Of a stretch of 64,000 bases of DNA, positions 31,765 through 41,676 are shown piece by piece. The notes beneath the pieces were generated by a model. It was not told the DNA's origin. It saw only the letters and a program-made list of their open reading frames with translations, and ran no database searches. This DNA comes from an uncultured Fibrobacterota bacterium. Its GTDB lineage: Bacteria > Fibrobacterota > Chitinivibrionia > Chitinivibrionales > FEN-1185. The DNA lies in the NCBI GenBank assembly GCA_963753345.1, contig CAVWBU010000036.1, positions 5,599-69,598 on the forward strand, given 5' to 3'. Positions within the stretch are counted from its first letter, which is position 1. Each line of letters begins with the position of its first letter. Both the position numbers and the translations under genes were made by a program.

Positions 31765-33330
31765 ATGGACAACCGTTTTCCGACAACAAGCGCTGCAGCC
31801 CGTTCGGTCATGGCACCGGCGCCTTGGGCCACTCTTGTGTTGTGTCTTGGCCTGCTCGGATTCACCCATGGTACAACCGCTGCAACCTATTACGTCAACA
31901 ACGCCGCTTCCTCTGCATGCGGAAACGCCGCGGGCGGCGGCACAATGGCCCAGCCCTTCTGCACGATTTCCTATGCTCTCGGCCGCATTGCCGGAGGCGA
32001 CACCGTGTATGTACGGTCCGGCACCTACAACGAAGCGCTTTACATAGCGGGACCCGCTGGAAAGACAGGCGCGAACACGACCATTTCCGCCTATCCCGGC
32101 GACACGGTGGTGCTCCGCGGCGACAGCGTCAACACGGGCAGGTGCAAAATAATAAACACGAGCTTCGTTACGTTTGCGGGCTTTACGATTACGAATTACA
32201 ACCAGGGGCTTTTTGTCGACTCGTCGAGCAATATCACCATACGCCGGTGCACCATCCATCATGTCGGGCAGGAAGGGCTGCACGTCCACGTTAATTCATC
32301 CTTCGTTACCATAGACAGCTGCACGGTCCACGATACACGGCAATGGCAGTACAATGGGGAAGGGATTTACATCGGCACGGGCGACGCCGCGCCCGTGGAC
32401 AACACGAACAACGTGACGGTGCGCAATACCACCATTTACAACACCACCGACGAGGGCATTGAGTTCAAGATAGGGACCCATCACATCACCGCCGACGGAA
32501 ACAACATCTACAATGTCAACCTGGGGTCCGACTGGTCCCAGAACGGCAATGACGTGGGCGCAATAGAGGTGAACAATGCCGTCGGGGCCGTCCAGAATTA
32601 CGGCAGCGATCCGCAGCAGGTGGTGAGGAACAACTACATTCACGACGTCAAGACCGCGATTCGGGCAGGGACGGGAATAACCGTCTACAACAATGTCATC
32701 CGCAACGTGAGCGGCTACGGGATTTACGTTGACAACCAGTCGAACGATTCCTACACCCGTGCCATGTACCACAATACCATCGACGCAGCGGCGGCGAACG
32801 CCGTGTTCCATGTGAGCGGAACGCAGGATGTGAGGAACAACATCGGGCCGGCGACGGCAAAGAATCTTCCGACACAGGACAGCTTCTATGTGAATAAAGC
32901 CGCAGCCGATTACCATCTGGTCAAGGGAGCCCCGCCGATTGACGCAGGCGACGATCTTACGGCGATTGTTCCCACGGACAGGGACGGCGTGAGCAGGAAG
33001 ACGAATGGGCCGCCGGACTTAGGCGCCTATGAATATTCCGGTTCAAGTTTGATAGGTGAACCAGCGATATCTGAACCTTCTTCTCTGGGAGCCAGATTCT
33101 TGAAGGCCGGCATGAATAGAATCGATTTTGCGATACCTCAAACAGGCCAAGTTGATCTTGAAATCATTGACATTTCGGGAAAAAAGGTCTGCACCCTGGT
33201 GGATGCGGAGATGGAAAAGGGCAGACATTCGGTAACGTGGGACAGGCAGGGGTATCATGCCGGGATTTATCTGGTCAGACTGGTGGCCGTGGGATTATTG
33301 TTGGTGCAGAAAGAAATAATCATGAAGTAA
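31765..33330 (+). CDS. Secreted beta-helix protein (DUF1565/PL9-like N-terminus) with T9SS-like CTD
   Basis: ATYYV, QPFCTISYA, GDTVYVRSGTY, GEGIYIG, PIDAG...PDLGAYE; CTD IIDISGK...AGIYLVRL. Confidence 0.8.
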   Translation: MDNRFPTTSAAARSVMAPAPWATLVLCLGLLGFTHGTTAATYYVNNAASSACGNAAGGGTMAQPFCTISYALGRIAGGDTVYVRSGTYNEALYIAGPAGKTGANTTISAYPGDTVVLRGDSVNTGRCKIINTSFVTFAGFTITNYNQGLFVDSSSNITIRRCTIHHVGQEGLHVHVNSSFVTIDSCTVHDTRQWQYNGEGIYIGTGDAAPVDNTNNVTVRNTTIYNTTDEGIEFKIGTHHITADGNNIYNVNLGSDWSQNGNDVGAIEVNNAVGAVQNYGSDPQQVVRNNYIHDVKTAIRAGTGITVYNNVIRNVSGYGIYVDNQSNDSYTRAMYHNTIDAAAANAVFHVSGTQDVRNNIGPATAKNLPTQDSFYVNKAAADYHLVKGAPPIDAGDDLTAIVPTDRDGVSRKTNGPPDLGAYEYSGSSLIGEPAISEPSSLGARFLKAGMNRIDFAIPQTGQVDLEIIDISGKKVCTLVDAEMEKGRHSVTWDRQGYHAGIYLVRLVAVGLLLVQKEIIMK

Positions 33331-33436
33331 ATGGGAACCTTGTCACAACCTACGATGAATCGCTATTATGAAATTTAGCGCCTGGCGGGCAAATACATCC
33401 TGCAAAATGAAGAATCGTTTACAAAAGGTAGGTTCC

Positions 33437-35512
33437 ATGAAAAAATCCATTTTCATTTCGCTCATTTTCGCCGGCTCTGTCTTGGCACAAACAATCCAGT
33501 CTCCCATTGCCCCCAGCCGCTGCATCGACTGGACCAAGGCCGGGGTCGAAGGCGGCATCCCGGACCGCACCACCGTTTACACCACGCTCAACCCGGGCGC
33601 GACCGTTGCGCAGGTCAATGCCGCGCTTGCGGTATGCCCCGCAGGCCAGGTGGTTTATCTGAGCGCCGGTACCTACAACTTGACATCAGGGATAGACTTC
33701 AACGGCAGGGACAGTATCACCCTGCGCGGAGCAGGACCGGACAAGACGTTTCTGGTCTTCACCGGCAGCTGCACCTGCCGCGGCATGGGGGCCGACATTT
33801 GCGTGGGAGCCGCGAACAGCTCCTACTATGTGGAAACACCGACGCACACCGCAGACTGGACAGCGGGCTTTGCAAAAGGCACTACCCAAATCACCCTGAG
33901 TAACACAACCGGGTTGGCGCCGGACATGGTTCTGGTCATGGACCAGCTCAATAACGATGTGGATGCAGGCGGCGTCTATGTCTGCGAAACCAATGGCGTG
34001 TGCTCGGACGGCGGACCGGGCGGCGGCGAACAGCCCAACAGGGCGCAGGAGCAGTATGTGAGAGTCACCGCTATCGATGGCAATGTGGTCACCATCTCAC
34101 CGGGCGTGTACATGCCCAACTGGAGCGCTTCGCAGAGCCCGCATGCATGGTGGGGGAGCGCGCAAGGTTTTGCTTTCGGCCTCGGCGTTGAGGATTTGTC
34201 GGTAGACAATACCGGAAACACTTCGACAAACTTGTCGGACATTTACCTTATCTGGGCCTTCGACTGCTGGGTCAAGAATGTGGGGGACCTGAATTCCAAC
34301 CGCAACCATGTGTGGCTGTACCAGACAGCGCACAGCACTGTCCGCGACTGCTATTTCTACGGTACGAAAAATGCAGCCTCGCAGAGTTACGGCGTTGAAT
34401 CGTACATGGGTTCCGACAATCTTGTGGAAAACAACATTTTCCAGCATATCACCGGTCCTCTTATGGGCGGCGGCGCCACGCCCGGCCTGGTCGAGGCCTA
34501 TAACTACGCGATTGACGATTACTACACGCCGTCGCTTGCCTGGATGCAGGGCAGCGACTATGCGCATGCGGCCGGCGACGGCTATGTTTTGCATGAAGGA
34601 AACGACGGCGTCGGATTTACCGCAGACCTTGTCCACGGCACGCACAACTTTCTCACCGCGTTCCGCTGTTACTTTACAGGATGGGAAACCGGCAAGACCG
34701 CGCAGACAGTCCCGATCAACCTTTATGCCGGAAGCAGATTCATGAACATGGTCGGCAACGTGCTCGGTACCCCGAACTATCACAACAATTATGAATCGGT
34801 TCCGCCCGCATTTACCGGCCACGAGACTTCGATTTACCGGTTGGGCGACAATGGCAATACACTGCCTGCATCGTATGCGGACCCACTGGTGAAATCCACG
34901 CTCCTGCGCTGGGGCAACTGGGATGTGGTGACCGACTCGGCTAGGTTCCTCGCGTCAGAGGTGCCGAGCACCATCAGCCAGTATGCCAACCCTGTGCCGA
35001 CCGATCAGACAATTCCGTCGACGCTTTACCTGTCCGGCAAACCAAGATGGTGGCCGTCAACCATTCCGTGGCCGTGCATCGGGCCTGATGTGACAGGCGG
35101 TGACAGGGCCACCGGACTGGGAGGCCATGCGTATAGGAACCCGGCGCATGTGTGCTACGACAATTCGACCAAGACCAACGGTATCCTGAATTTCAATGCG
35201 AACAACTGTTATGGAAATTCTTACGCAGATGTGAAACAATTTCCCGGGCTAGGAATTTCAGGTCGGTCAAATGCAGTGAAGATATTTACAGATGCAGGCC
35301 AGAAGATACTATGGTTCGAACCATTGTCGAGTGACATTGCGCTGGTAAGTGTTTCAATGTATGCAATTGACGGGAAAAGAATATTGCAGAAGTCAATGAA
35401 TCTGAAGACGGAAAACGTGGTGGATGTGTCGGGGGTGACGGCAGGGGTTTATTTTGTGAGAATAGCCGGGGAGGAGGGGAAGACGGTACAGAAGGTGATG
35501 ATTGCGAGGTGA
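33437..35512 (+). CDS. Secreted beta-helix protein with T9SS-like CTD (paralog 2)
   Basis: RCIDWTKAGVEGGI, TLRGAGPDKT, NRNHVWL, SQSYGVE, LLRWGNWD; CTD YAIDGK...GVYFVRI...KVMIAR. Confidence 0.82.
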   Translation: MKKSIFISLIFAGSVLAQTIQSPIAPSRCIDWTKAGVEGGIPDRTTVYTTLNPGATVAQVNAALAVCPAGQVVYLSAGTYNLTSGIDFNGRDSITLRGAGPDKTFLVFTGSCTCRGMGADICVGAANSSYYVETPTHTADWTAGFAKGTTQITLSNTTGLAPDMVLVMDQLNNDVDAGGVYVCETNGVCSDGGPGGGEQPNRAQEQYVRVTAIDGNVVTISPGVYMPNWSASQSPHAWWGSAQGFAFGLGVEDLSVDNTGNTSTNLSDIYLIWAFDCWVKNVGDLNSNRNHVWLYQTAHSTVRDCYFYGTKNAASQSYGVESYMGSDNLVENNIFQHITGPLMGGGATPGLVEAYNYAIDDYYTPSLAWMQGSDYAHAAGDGYVLHEGNDGVGFTADLVHGTHNFLTAFRCYFTGWETGKTAQTVPINLYAGSRFMNMVGNVLGTPNYHNNYESVPPAFTGHETSIYRLGDNGNTLPASYADPLVKSTLLRWGNWDVVTDSARFLASEVPSTISQYANPVPTDQTIPSTLYLSGKPRWWPSTIPWPCIGPDVTGGDRATGLGGHAYRNPAHVCYDNSTKTNGILNFNANNCYGNSYADVKQFPGLGISGRSNAVKIFTDAGQKILWFEPLSSDIALVSVSMYAIDGKRILQKSMNLKTENVVDVSGVTAGVYFVRIAGEEGKTVQKVMIAR

Positions 35513-35593
35513 GGGGGATTAAAGAGAATATTTTCCTATTTTAGATTTCGACCTTTATTAGGATTTCACGCACGAACAAAACTGGCAGGGATT

Positions 35594-35704
35594 GTTCAGA
35601 AGTGCCGTTCGTGGTGAGCTTGTCGAAGCATGAACGGCCGCCCTTCGACTTGGCTCAGGGCGAACGGCTGTTACCTATGTTTTTACCAGAAAAATAGTCT
35701 GAAC
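35594..35704. repeat. REP/MITE-like palindromic element
   Basis: Inner gccgttcg...tgagcttgtcgaag / cttcgacttggctca...cgaacggc (35604-35668); outer IR gttcaga/tctgaac. Confidence 0.65.
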
Positions 35705-35815
35705 GAAGAAATGCCATTCGTAGTGCACGTGATGAAGCATTGTTGAAGGATGAAAATTATTTTTTCACCAATCTGTTTTACACGGAATAGGTTATTCTCA
35801 CCAAAGGAAGACGGA

Positions 35816-37813
35816 ATGAATCATCGATCACTGACACTCTTTGTGGCTCTGTCAATTGCATCCCTTTTCACGTCCTCCGATCTTTACGCCCAGATAATTC
35901 CTGCAAACCGCCGCATCGACTGGTCCCAATCCGGCATTCCAAACGGAATCCCGGCGCGGACAACGATATCCGCAACTGTCAATGCTTCCACTTTCGGTAA
36001 TGGCGCAAATGACGCCACTGCCGGAATTCAGGCCGCGCTTAACGCCTGCCCGGCGAACCAGGCCGTCCTGCTTTCCGCCGGAACGTTCCGCATCAACGCG
36101 GGTATCCGAATCCCCAGCAACGTCACCCTGCGCGGCGCAGGGCCTTCACAAACGATACTCGACGCGCACGGAACGAGCGGCGCGGTTGTCGCGTTCGGCC
36201 AGGACGCCACGCCGTACGCGGCGAATTCAATAGCGATTACCGGCGGGACCGCTGCCGGTTCATCTTCCATCACGCTCGCGAGCGCTGCAGGAGTGAGCGT
36301 CGGGTCTTATCTGTTAATTACGGAACTCAACGACACGAGCTTCGTCACCATCAAAGGCGGGGAGGGAAGCTGCACGTGGTGCGACGGCGGCATCGGCTGG
36401 AACGGCACGCGCGCGCTGGGCCAGATCGTGGAAGTCTCGTCCGTGAGCGGCGCGACTATCGGCATTGCTCCGCCGCTGTACATTGGTTACAGCGCCGCGC
36501 TTTCCCCGCTCGCCACGCCGTTTTCCGCCGGCGCAAAGTACGCGGGCCTCGAGAATGTGCAGGTGTACATGAACAACACCGGCTATACGGAAAACATCCT
36601 CATGAACGGTTCGGCCTATTGCTGGGTGAAAAACATAGAGAGCAATTACGCCGACGGAGACCACTTCCGCGCGTTCTGGGCGTATCGCTGTGAAATCCGC
36701 GACAGCTATTTCCACGACGCGTTTCTCCACTCCCCGGGCCAGACCGACGCCGACGTTTTTGTCGCCGACAAGTCAAGCGGATTGCTTATTGAGAACAATA
36801 TCATGAGGCGCATGCATGTGTCAATCATGCTGAACTGGGGCGCGGCGGGCAACGTGATCGCCTACAACTACTCGGCAAACGACTTTGACGAAAGCGCCTA
36901 TAACGTTGTGATGGGCGACCTCAGCATGCACGGTTCTCACCCGATGTTCAATTTGTACGAGGGCAATATCGCAACCTCGTTCCACCCGGACGGTATCTGG
37001 GGATCCAACAGTCATAATACCGTTTTCCGCAACTGGCTTGTCGGAACGACAAAGATATGCAAGCCCCTGTCCGGACGCGGCGCGGAACAGACAGACTCAG
37101 CCTGGTGGGCGTGCCAGGCCAATCGGGCGTGCAATGTTGATTTTGCAGGACGATACTACAATATCCTCGGCAATGCGGTGGGATCCACGGACCTACTGAA
37201 TGTCACCTCGTACAACAACGGCACCCATAAAATTCCGTCGGTGCGGATGATCATCGCGCCACAGTACCGATCCTACGACGCGACCACCTACTGCTACTGC
37301 TTCGGGTACAGCGAGGCGAACGACGACGGCTCCTCGGGCACCTATCCCGAAGACAACACGCTGCCGTACACCACCGCTTTGCTTCATGGCAATTATGATT
37401 TCACGTCCGATTCCATTGTCTGGGACGCGACCATCGCCGACCATAGCCTTCCCGCCTCTCTTTACCTTTCGTCAATGCCCACCTGGTGGTGCGGTGCGCC
37501 GTGGCCGCCCATAGGTCCCGATGTTGCCGGCTATGTAAACGACATTCCGGCCAAGCTTCGGTTTGAGGGCCTTCCGTGCAATGTAAAAGTTGAAAGGATG
37601 ATTCTTAAAACTCCGGTTGCAGAATCACGAGAGTGCTACATGATTTACAATGTGCAGGGCAGGCTGATCGCATCTGGTATCATCAACGGCGCCGTAACGG
37701 CCGCCCGCGTCAAACATCTCGTCGGCCCGATGGGGAGTATGCCCTCTGGAATTTATCTGTGCAGGATGACTCGCAGCGGTGTAGAGAGGACCGTGAAGGT
37801 GCTGGTCAGGTAA
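35816..37813 (+). CDS. Secreted beta-helix protein with T9SS-like CTD (paralog 3)
   Basis: RRIDWSQSGIPNGI, TLRGAGPSQT, MFNLYEGN, LPASLYL...PWPPIGPDV; CTD IYNVQGR...SGIYL. Confidence 0.82.
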   Translation: MNHRSLTLFVALSIASLFTSSDLYAQIIPANRRIDWSQSGIPNGIPARTTISATVNASTFGNGANDATAGIQAALNACPANQAVLLSAGTFRINAGIRIPSNVTLRGAGPSQTILDAHGTSGAVVAFGQDATPYAANSIAITGGTAAGSSSITLASAAGVSVGSYLLITELNDTSFVTIKGGEGSCTWCDGGIGWNGTRALGQIVEVSSVSGATIGIAPPLYIGYSAALSPLATPFSAGAKYAGLENVQVYMNNTGYTENILMNGSAYCWVKNIESNYADGDHFRAFWAYRCEIRDSYFHDAFLHSPGQTDADVFVADKSSGLLIENNIMRRMHVSIMLNWGAAGNVIAYNYSANDFDESAYNVVMGDLSMHGSHPMFNLYEGNIATSFHPDGIWGSNSHNTVFRNWLVGTTKICKPLSGRGAEQTDSAWWACQANRACNVDFAGRYYNILGNAVGSTDLLNVTSYNNGTHKIPSVRMIIAPQYRSYDATTYCYCFGYSEANDDGSSGTYPEDNTLPYTTALLHGNYDFTSDSIVWDATIADHSLPASLYLSSMPTWWCGAPWPPIGPDVAGYVNDIPAKLRFEGLPCNVKVERMILKTPVAESRECYMIYNVQGRLIASGIINGAVTAARVKHLVGPMGSMPSGIYLCRMTRSGVERTVKVLVR

Positions 37814-37872
37814 ATCAAGGGATTAAAGGTTCCTATCAGTAAATCTGATTATAGATAAAAACAACCGATGCC

Positions 37873-37892
37873 ATTCCCGCGAAAGCGGGAAT
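37873..37892. repeat. REP-like hairpin
   Basis: attcccgc-gaaa-gcgggaat. Confidence 0.6.
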
Positions 37893-37927
37893 CCATGTAT
37901 TTTTCTTGTCAGGCATATACAAATCCT

Positions 37928-38677
37928 ATGAAACCCCTGTCCTTCTACAAATCCCTCCGCGACGCCAAGGCTCGCCGCGAGGCGGACATGTTTCTCGTCG
38001 AAGGCGTCCGCGCCGTCACGCAAATCGCAGCGTCGCATCCGGAAAGCATTGTCGAGGTTCTCGTGGAGGAAAAGAAGAAACCGCCCGCCGGCCTCAAGTA
38101 TCCGGTGCGGTTTATCTCCCCGTCGCAATTTCGCGCGATATCCACCTCGACGACTCCCTCAGGCCCTCTCGCGGTTGTCAAGATTCCGGAGGGCGCGTAC
38201 TCCTCGTCGCTTCCGGCCGACACGGGCGTGCGCGTGCTCGCGCTTGAAGACGTGCAGGACCCCGGCAACGTGGGCGCGCTTGTGCGCAGCGCCGCGGCGT
38301 TCGATTTTTCCGGCGTGGTGCTCAGCGACAAATGCGCCGACCCATTCGGGCCCAAGGCGGTTCAGGCGTCGGCCGGATCGCTGCTGTCGCTGTGGGTGCG
38401 CAGAACCAGGGAGTTCCACGCCGGGCTGCGCGAACTTGCGGGGAGAGGATTCCGCTGCATTGCAGCGGATGTTCGCGGGACCGAGCCCCTGCGCTCCGGA
38501 GATTCGTCCAGGGTGGTATTGATAATGGGGAATGAGGGAAGCGGCGTTTCCGCCGAAGGCCTTGCGTGCAGTCACAGCGTAATGCGAATCCCCATAAACA
38601 CGGCAAAGGCCGAGTCGCTCAACGTCGCGGCGAGCGGAGCGGTGTGCATGTACGCGCTGGCCGGTCTTCGGGGGTGA
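37928..38677 (+). CDS. TrmH/SpoU family RNA methyltransferase
   Basis: FLVEG, LEDVQDPGNVGALVRSA, IMGNEGSG, ESLNVAASGAV. Confidence 0.93.
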   Translation: MKPLSFYKSLRDAKARREADMFLVEGVRAVTQIAASHPESIVEVLVEEKKKPPAGLKYPVRFISPSQFRAISTSTTPSGPLAVVKIPEGAYSSSLPADTGVRVLALEDVQDPGNVGALVRSAAAFDFSGVVLSDKCADPFGPKAVQASAGSLLSLWVRRTREFHAGLRELAGRGFRCIAADVRGTEPLRSGDSSRVVLIMGNEGSGVSAEGLACSHSVMRIPINTAKAESLNVAASGAVCMYALAGLRG

Positions 38678-38694
38678 CGCGCAGACCGCGCGGG

Positions 38695-39609
38695 TCAGTC
38701 GGTGCCGCGCTCTCCCTCATCGACCCTGGTTTTCGTCTCACCATACTCGGTTTCCTTGTACGATACCCCCACCGTCGACTTGTATACGTCAACGATCATG
38801 TACCCCGACCCCGGGTATTTGTCGCCTATCTTCCAGTTCGGCAGGAGGCGCGCGTTGGTGAAAAAGGGGACGCCGTTGCGGTAGCCGGACCATCGGGCGT
38901 GATAGTGGCCGGAAAAATAGGCGAGAACATTGTGATCGTCAAAGAGCCGGAACAGCTCTATCGAATTGAACACGCCAAAGCGCGGCGACTCGGGATGAAG
39001 CGGATAATGGGAAAACACGATGATCGGCGTTGTTGTCGGGACGAACGCGAGCATCTTTTTGAGCCATAGCTTGGTGGACACCAGGACCTCGACCTGTTTC
39101 TTGTCGTCGTTTGACAAATCGAGAAATATCAGCACCACGTTCTTGTGAACGACAAGGTAGTCTCCTCGATGTTCTCCGAACACCGCGAAATAGTTTTTCT
39201 TTCCCGAGTCGCCCGGCGCCGTGATGTCGCTGTTGCCGATGACGGGGTAGTACGGCTTGCCTATTTTGTCAAGGTGTTCCTTGAGCAATTTCATCTTGTC
39301 GATGTTGCCGTGGTTCGTAAGGTCTCCCGCCACCACCGCGAAATCCCATTGCTGTACTTCGGTTTTCCATTCGTTGATGATCTTCGCGAGCATAACGGCG
39401 TCTTTCTCGCCCCGGAAATGGATATCGTTGGCGAAAATAAAGCGGAACCGCCGCTGGGACCGCTGCGCCGGAGATTCCGGAGGATTGCAGGATTGCACGA
39501 GAAGCAAACCGAGGATACATGCCATGCCGAAACCAAGGCAACGTCCCCGCATCAAGCCTGCGAACATGTTCTTCCGTTCCATACCATGCGTTTTCCTTCC
39601 CGCCATCAT
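38695..39609 (-). CDS. Calcineurin-like metallophosphoesterase, likely lipoprotein
   Basis: NDIH, AGDL, GNSD, FSHYP, FSGHYH; lipobox VQSC; ATGA overlap with the upstream gene. Confidence 0.82.
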   Translation of the reverse strand: MMAGRKTHGMERKNMFAGLMRGRCLGFGMACILGLLLVQSCNPPESPAQRSQRRFRFIFANDIHFRGEKDAVMLAKIINEWKTEVQQWDFAVVAGDLTNHGNIDKMKLLKEHLDKIGKPYYPVIGNSDITAPGDSGKKNYFAVFGEHRGDYLVVHKNVVLIFLDLSNDDKKQVEVLVSTKLWLKKMLAFVPTTTPIIVFSHYPLHPESPRFGVFNSIELFRLFDDHNVLAYFSGHYHARWSGYRNGVPFFTNARLLPNWKIGDKYPGSGYMIVDVYKSTVGVSYKETEYGETKTRVDEGERGTD

Positions 39610-41339
39610 TCGTTCTGAAACTGCTGCTTTACTTTCGCGTACAGTTCCGAACGCAGGTACGTGCCTCCCCGGAAAGGCAGAGGCCCGTCTGCGAGGGGAA
39701 CGTTGAGCAGATTCGTGCCCTTTGTGTGAAGCTGGTACGGAATGCCGCTGGCGGCAAGCACCGTGGGGGCGACATCGATAAATGAAGCGGCGCATTTGGT
39801 TTCATAGTGCACGCGGGAATCCGGGGTGATGATGAACATGGGCACGAATTCGAAGAGCTTCCCCTCGGCCGTGTAGGACGCTTTCTTGAACTCGCGGAAC
39901 GTCCCGATGGGGGTGTGGTCCCCGTAAATGAATATGTAACAGTTCGGCCGCGCCTTCCGGATAAAGGTGACGAACTTTTCCAATTCCCTGTCCACGTACG
40001 CCATTGATTTTAGGTAGGCCATCGCGTGCTTGTCGGACATCGAGTTGAAGCGATTGTCCTTGTAGTAGGGGTTTACAAGCGTGAAAGGCTCGTGGCTGCT
40101 CATGGTGATTACATGGTACAGAAAAGGGTCGTGCTGCGTGCCGAGCTGGCCTAGAGCGAAATTAAAAACGTCGCCGTCCGGTGCGCCCCAGCTTATTTCC
40201 TTGAGTCCCATGCGGGTAAGATCCCAGAACGTCTGAACACCTATCTTTCCGTACGTTTCATCCCTGTTATCGAAATGGCCCTGGTTGCCGTGAAAGGCGA
40301 CAATGCTGTAATCGTATTTGGCGAGCCGCTTGTACATGGAATTGAGATACCGGTAATTCACCAACCGCATCGTCGGAAAATCTCCGAGAGGTTCAATGCT
40401 GTTGATAACCGAGAACTCGCAGTCGGTGGTGAGGCCCGCCTCATGGTAGCTGAACGCATACGGGAAGTAGATGCTTTTGGTGGTGAGATTGTGAAGAAAG
40501 GGCGCCGCATGAGCGCCGTGATATACGCGGTGAATGGCATATGCGCCCATCGATTCCAGCTGGATCAGCACGAAATCCGGACGCGGCCCCTCGGTTCCCG
40601 GAGAGGACACGGTCGGCCCGGCCCGCAGGCTTAACGTCTGCGCTTTTGTTCTCCCGTAATGAATCATATCCATGATATTGAATGCAAGCAGTCCGTATTT
40701 CTTGACCATGGCGGCGTCGGAGTACTGGGAATTGTCCGGGGCCAGCGTCGGGGAACGTGACAGCGGGTTCCACAGAAAGAGCGCCGCGACCATGATCAGT
40801 GCGGCGAGCACCAGCGTCGGCTTGAAAAACATGCGCTTGTTTGCATTGGAGAACTTCGAATAGACAACAACCATTGCGATGAAGAAAGGCAGGTCGACGG
40901 CAAGGATCCACAGGCGTGTGTCAAGAGGGATATTCGTGTATTTCACGAGGTCGATGGCCTCCGACTGAAGTCCTACGAATTGGCTGAACCTCAGAAAGTC
41001 GCCGAGGCTGAGATGATAAATGAGATTGAGAGCCATGTAGAAGGTCTGAACAAGATAGAACCCGGCAAACCAGTACCACCGCCGCGGCCTTGTGAGGAGG
41101 ACCAAGACGAAAGTGAGGGGAAGAATGTCCCTGACAAAATAGAAAACCAGGGTCTGCCAGTCGGATGTTTTGCCGGTGTCGAGGAGAAGGCAGGAAAAGC
41201 ATGCGGTCTTGAGCGCGTTGGCGAAAACAAAGAGGACGAAAACAAGGACTGCGACCCCCGTTGGAGATCGCGCAACTGTCTGAAGACGGCCGATGAAAGA
41301 TTGCATTGCGGTTTTGCTGATGAAGCGGTTGTGGTTCAA
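39606..41339 (-). CDS. LTA synthase / phosphoglycerol transferase (alkaline phosphatase superfamily) membrane protein
   Basis: N-terminal TMs; LIQLES, GLTTDCEF (catalytic Thr), FHGN..FDNR, ITMSSHEPF, YGDH. Start may instead be ATG 41306. Confidence 0.87.
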   Translation of the reverse strand: MNHNRFISKTAMQSFIGRLQTVARSPTGVAVLVFVLFVFANALKTACFSCLLLDTGKTSDWQTLVFYFVRDILPLTFVLVLLTRPRRWYWFAGFYLVQTFYMALNLIYHLSLGDFLRFSQFVGLQSEAIDLVKYTNIPLDTRLWILAVDLPFFIAMVVVYSKFSNANKRMFFKPTLVLAALIMVAALFLWNPLSRSPTLAPDNSQYSDAAMVKKYGLLAFNIMDMIHYGRTKAQTLSLRAGPTVSSPGTEGPRPDFVLIQLESMGAYAIHRVYHGAHAAPFLHNLTTKSIYFPYAFSYHEAGLTTDCEFSVINSIEPLGDFPTMRLVNYRYLNSMYKRLAKYDYSIVAFHGNQGHFDNRDETYGKIGVQTFWDLTRMGLKEISWGAPDGDVFNFALGQLGTQHDPFLYHVITMSSHEPFTLVNPYYKDNRFNSMSDKHAMAYLKSMAYVDRELEKFVTFIRKARPNCYIFIYGDHTPIGTFREFKKASYTAEGKLFEFVPMFIITPDSRVHYETKCAASFIDVAPTVLAASGIPYQLHTKGTNLLNVPLADGPLPFRGGTYLRSELYAKVKQQFQNE

Positions 41340-41676
41340 GAATCCTCCAGCCAGTCCCGATGTTTAAAAATAATTCTACCCGTTCGTTTGGCCAAAATGC
41401 GATTCGGTCCGCACAAGAATATTCGCCTTCTCCTCCTGGTGATCTTCCGCTGATGCTAAGCCACGAACCGGACGGTTTTGCCCCGTTTGCATTCAGTGGT
41501 TATTTATTTTGTGGTATGCACCGTCTTTCATTAATTCCCGGCCCCCATGGATCGTGGCTCCTGCTTCCGGGAGCGGGCAAAGGTCGGAGAAACGACTGCT
41601 GTGATTATATCATTTTAGGCCGCAAAAAGTCCATCACCCTGGAGTCGAATACGAGAAACTTGACAGAGGGACAATC

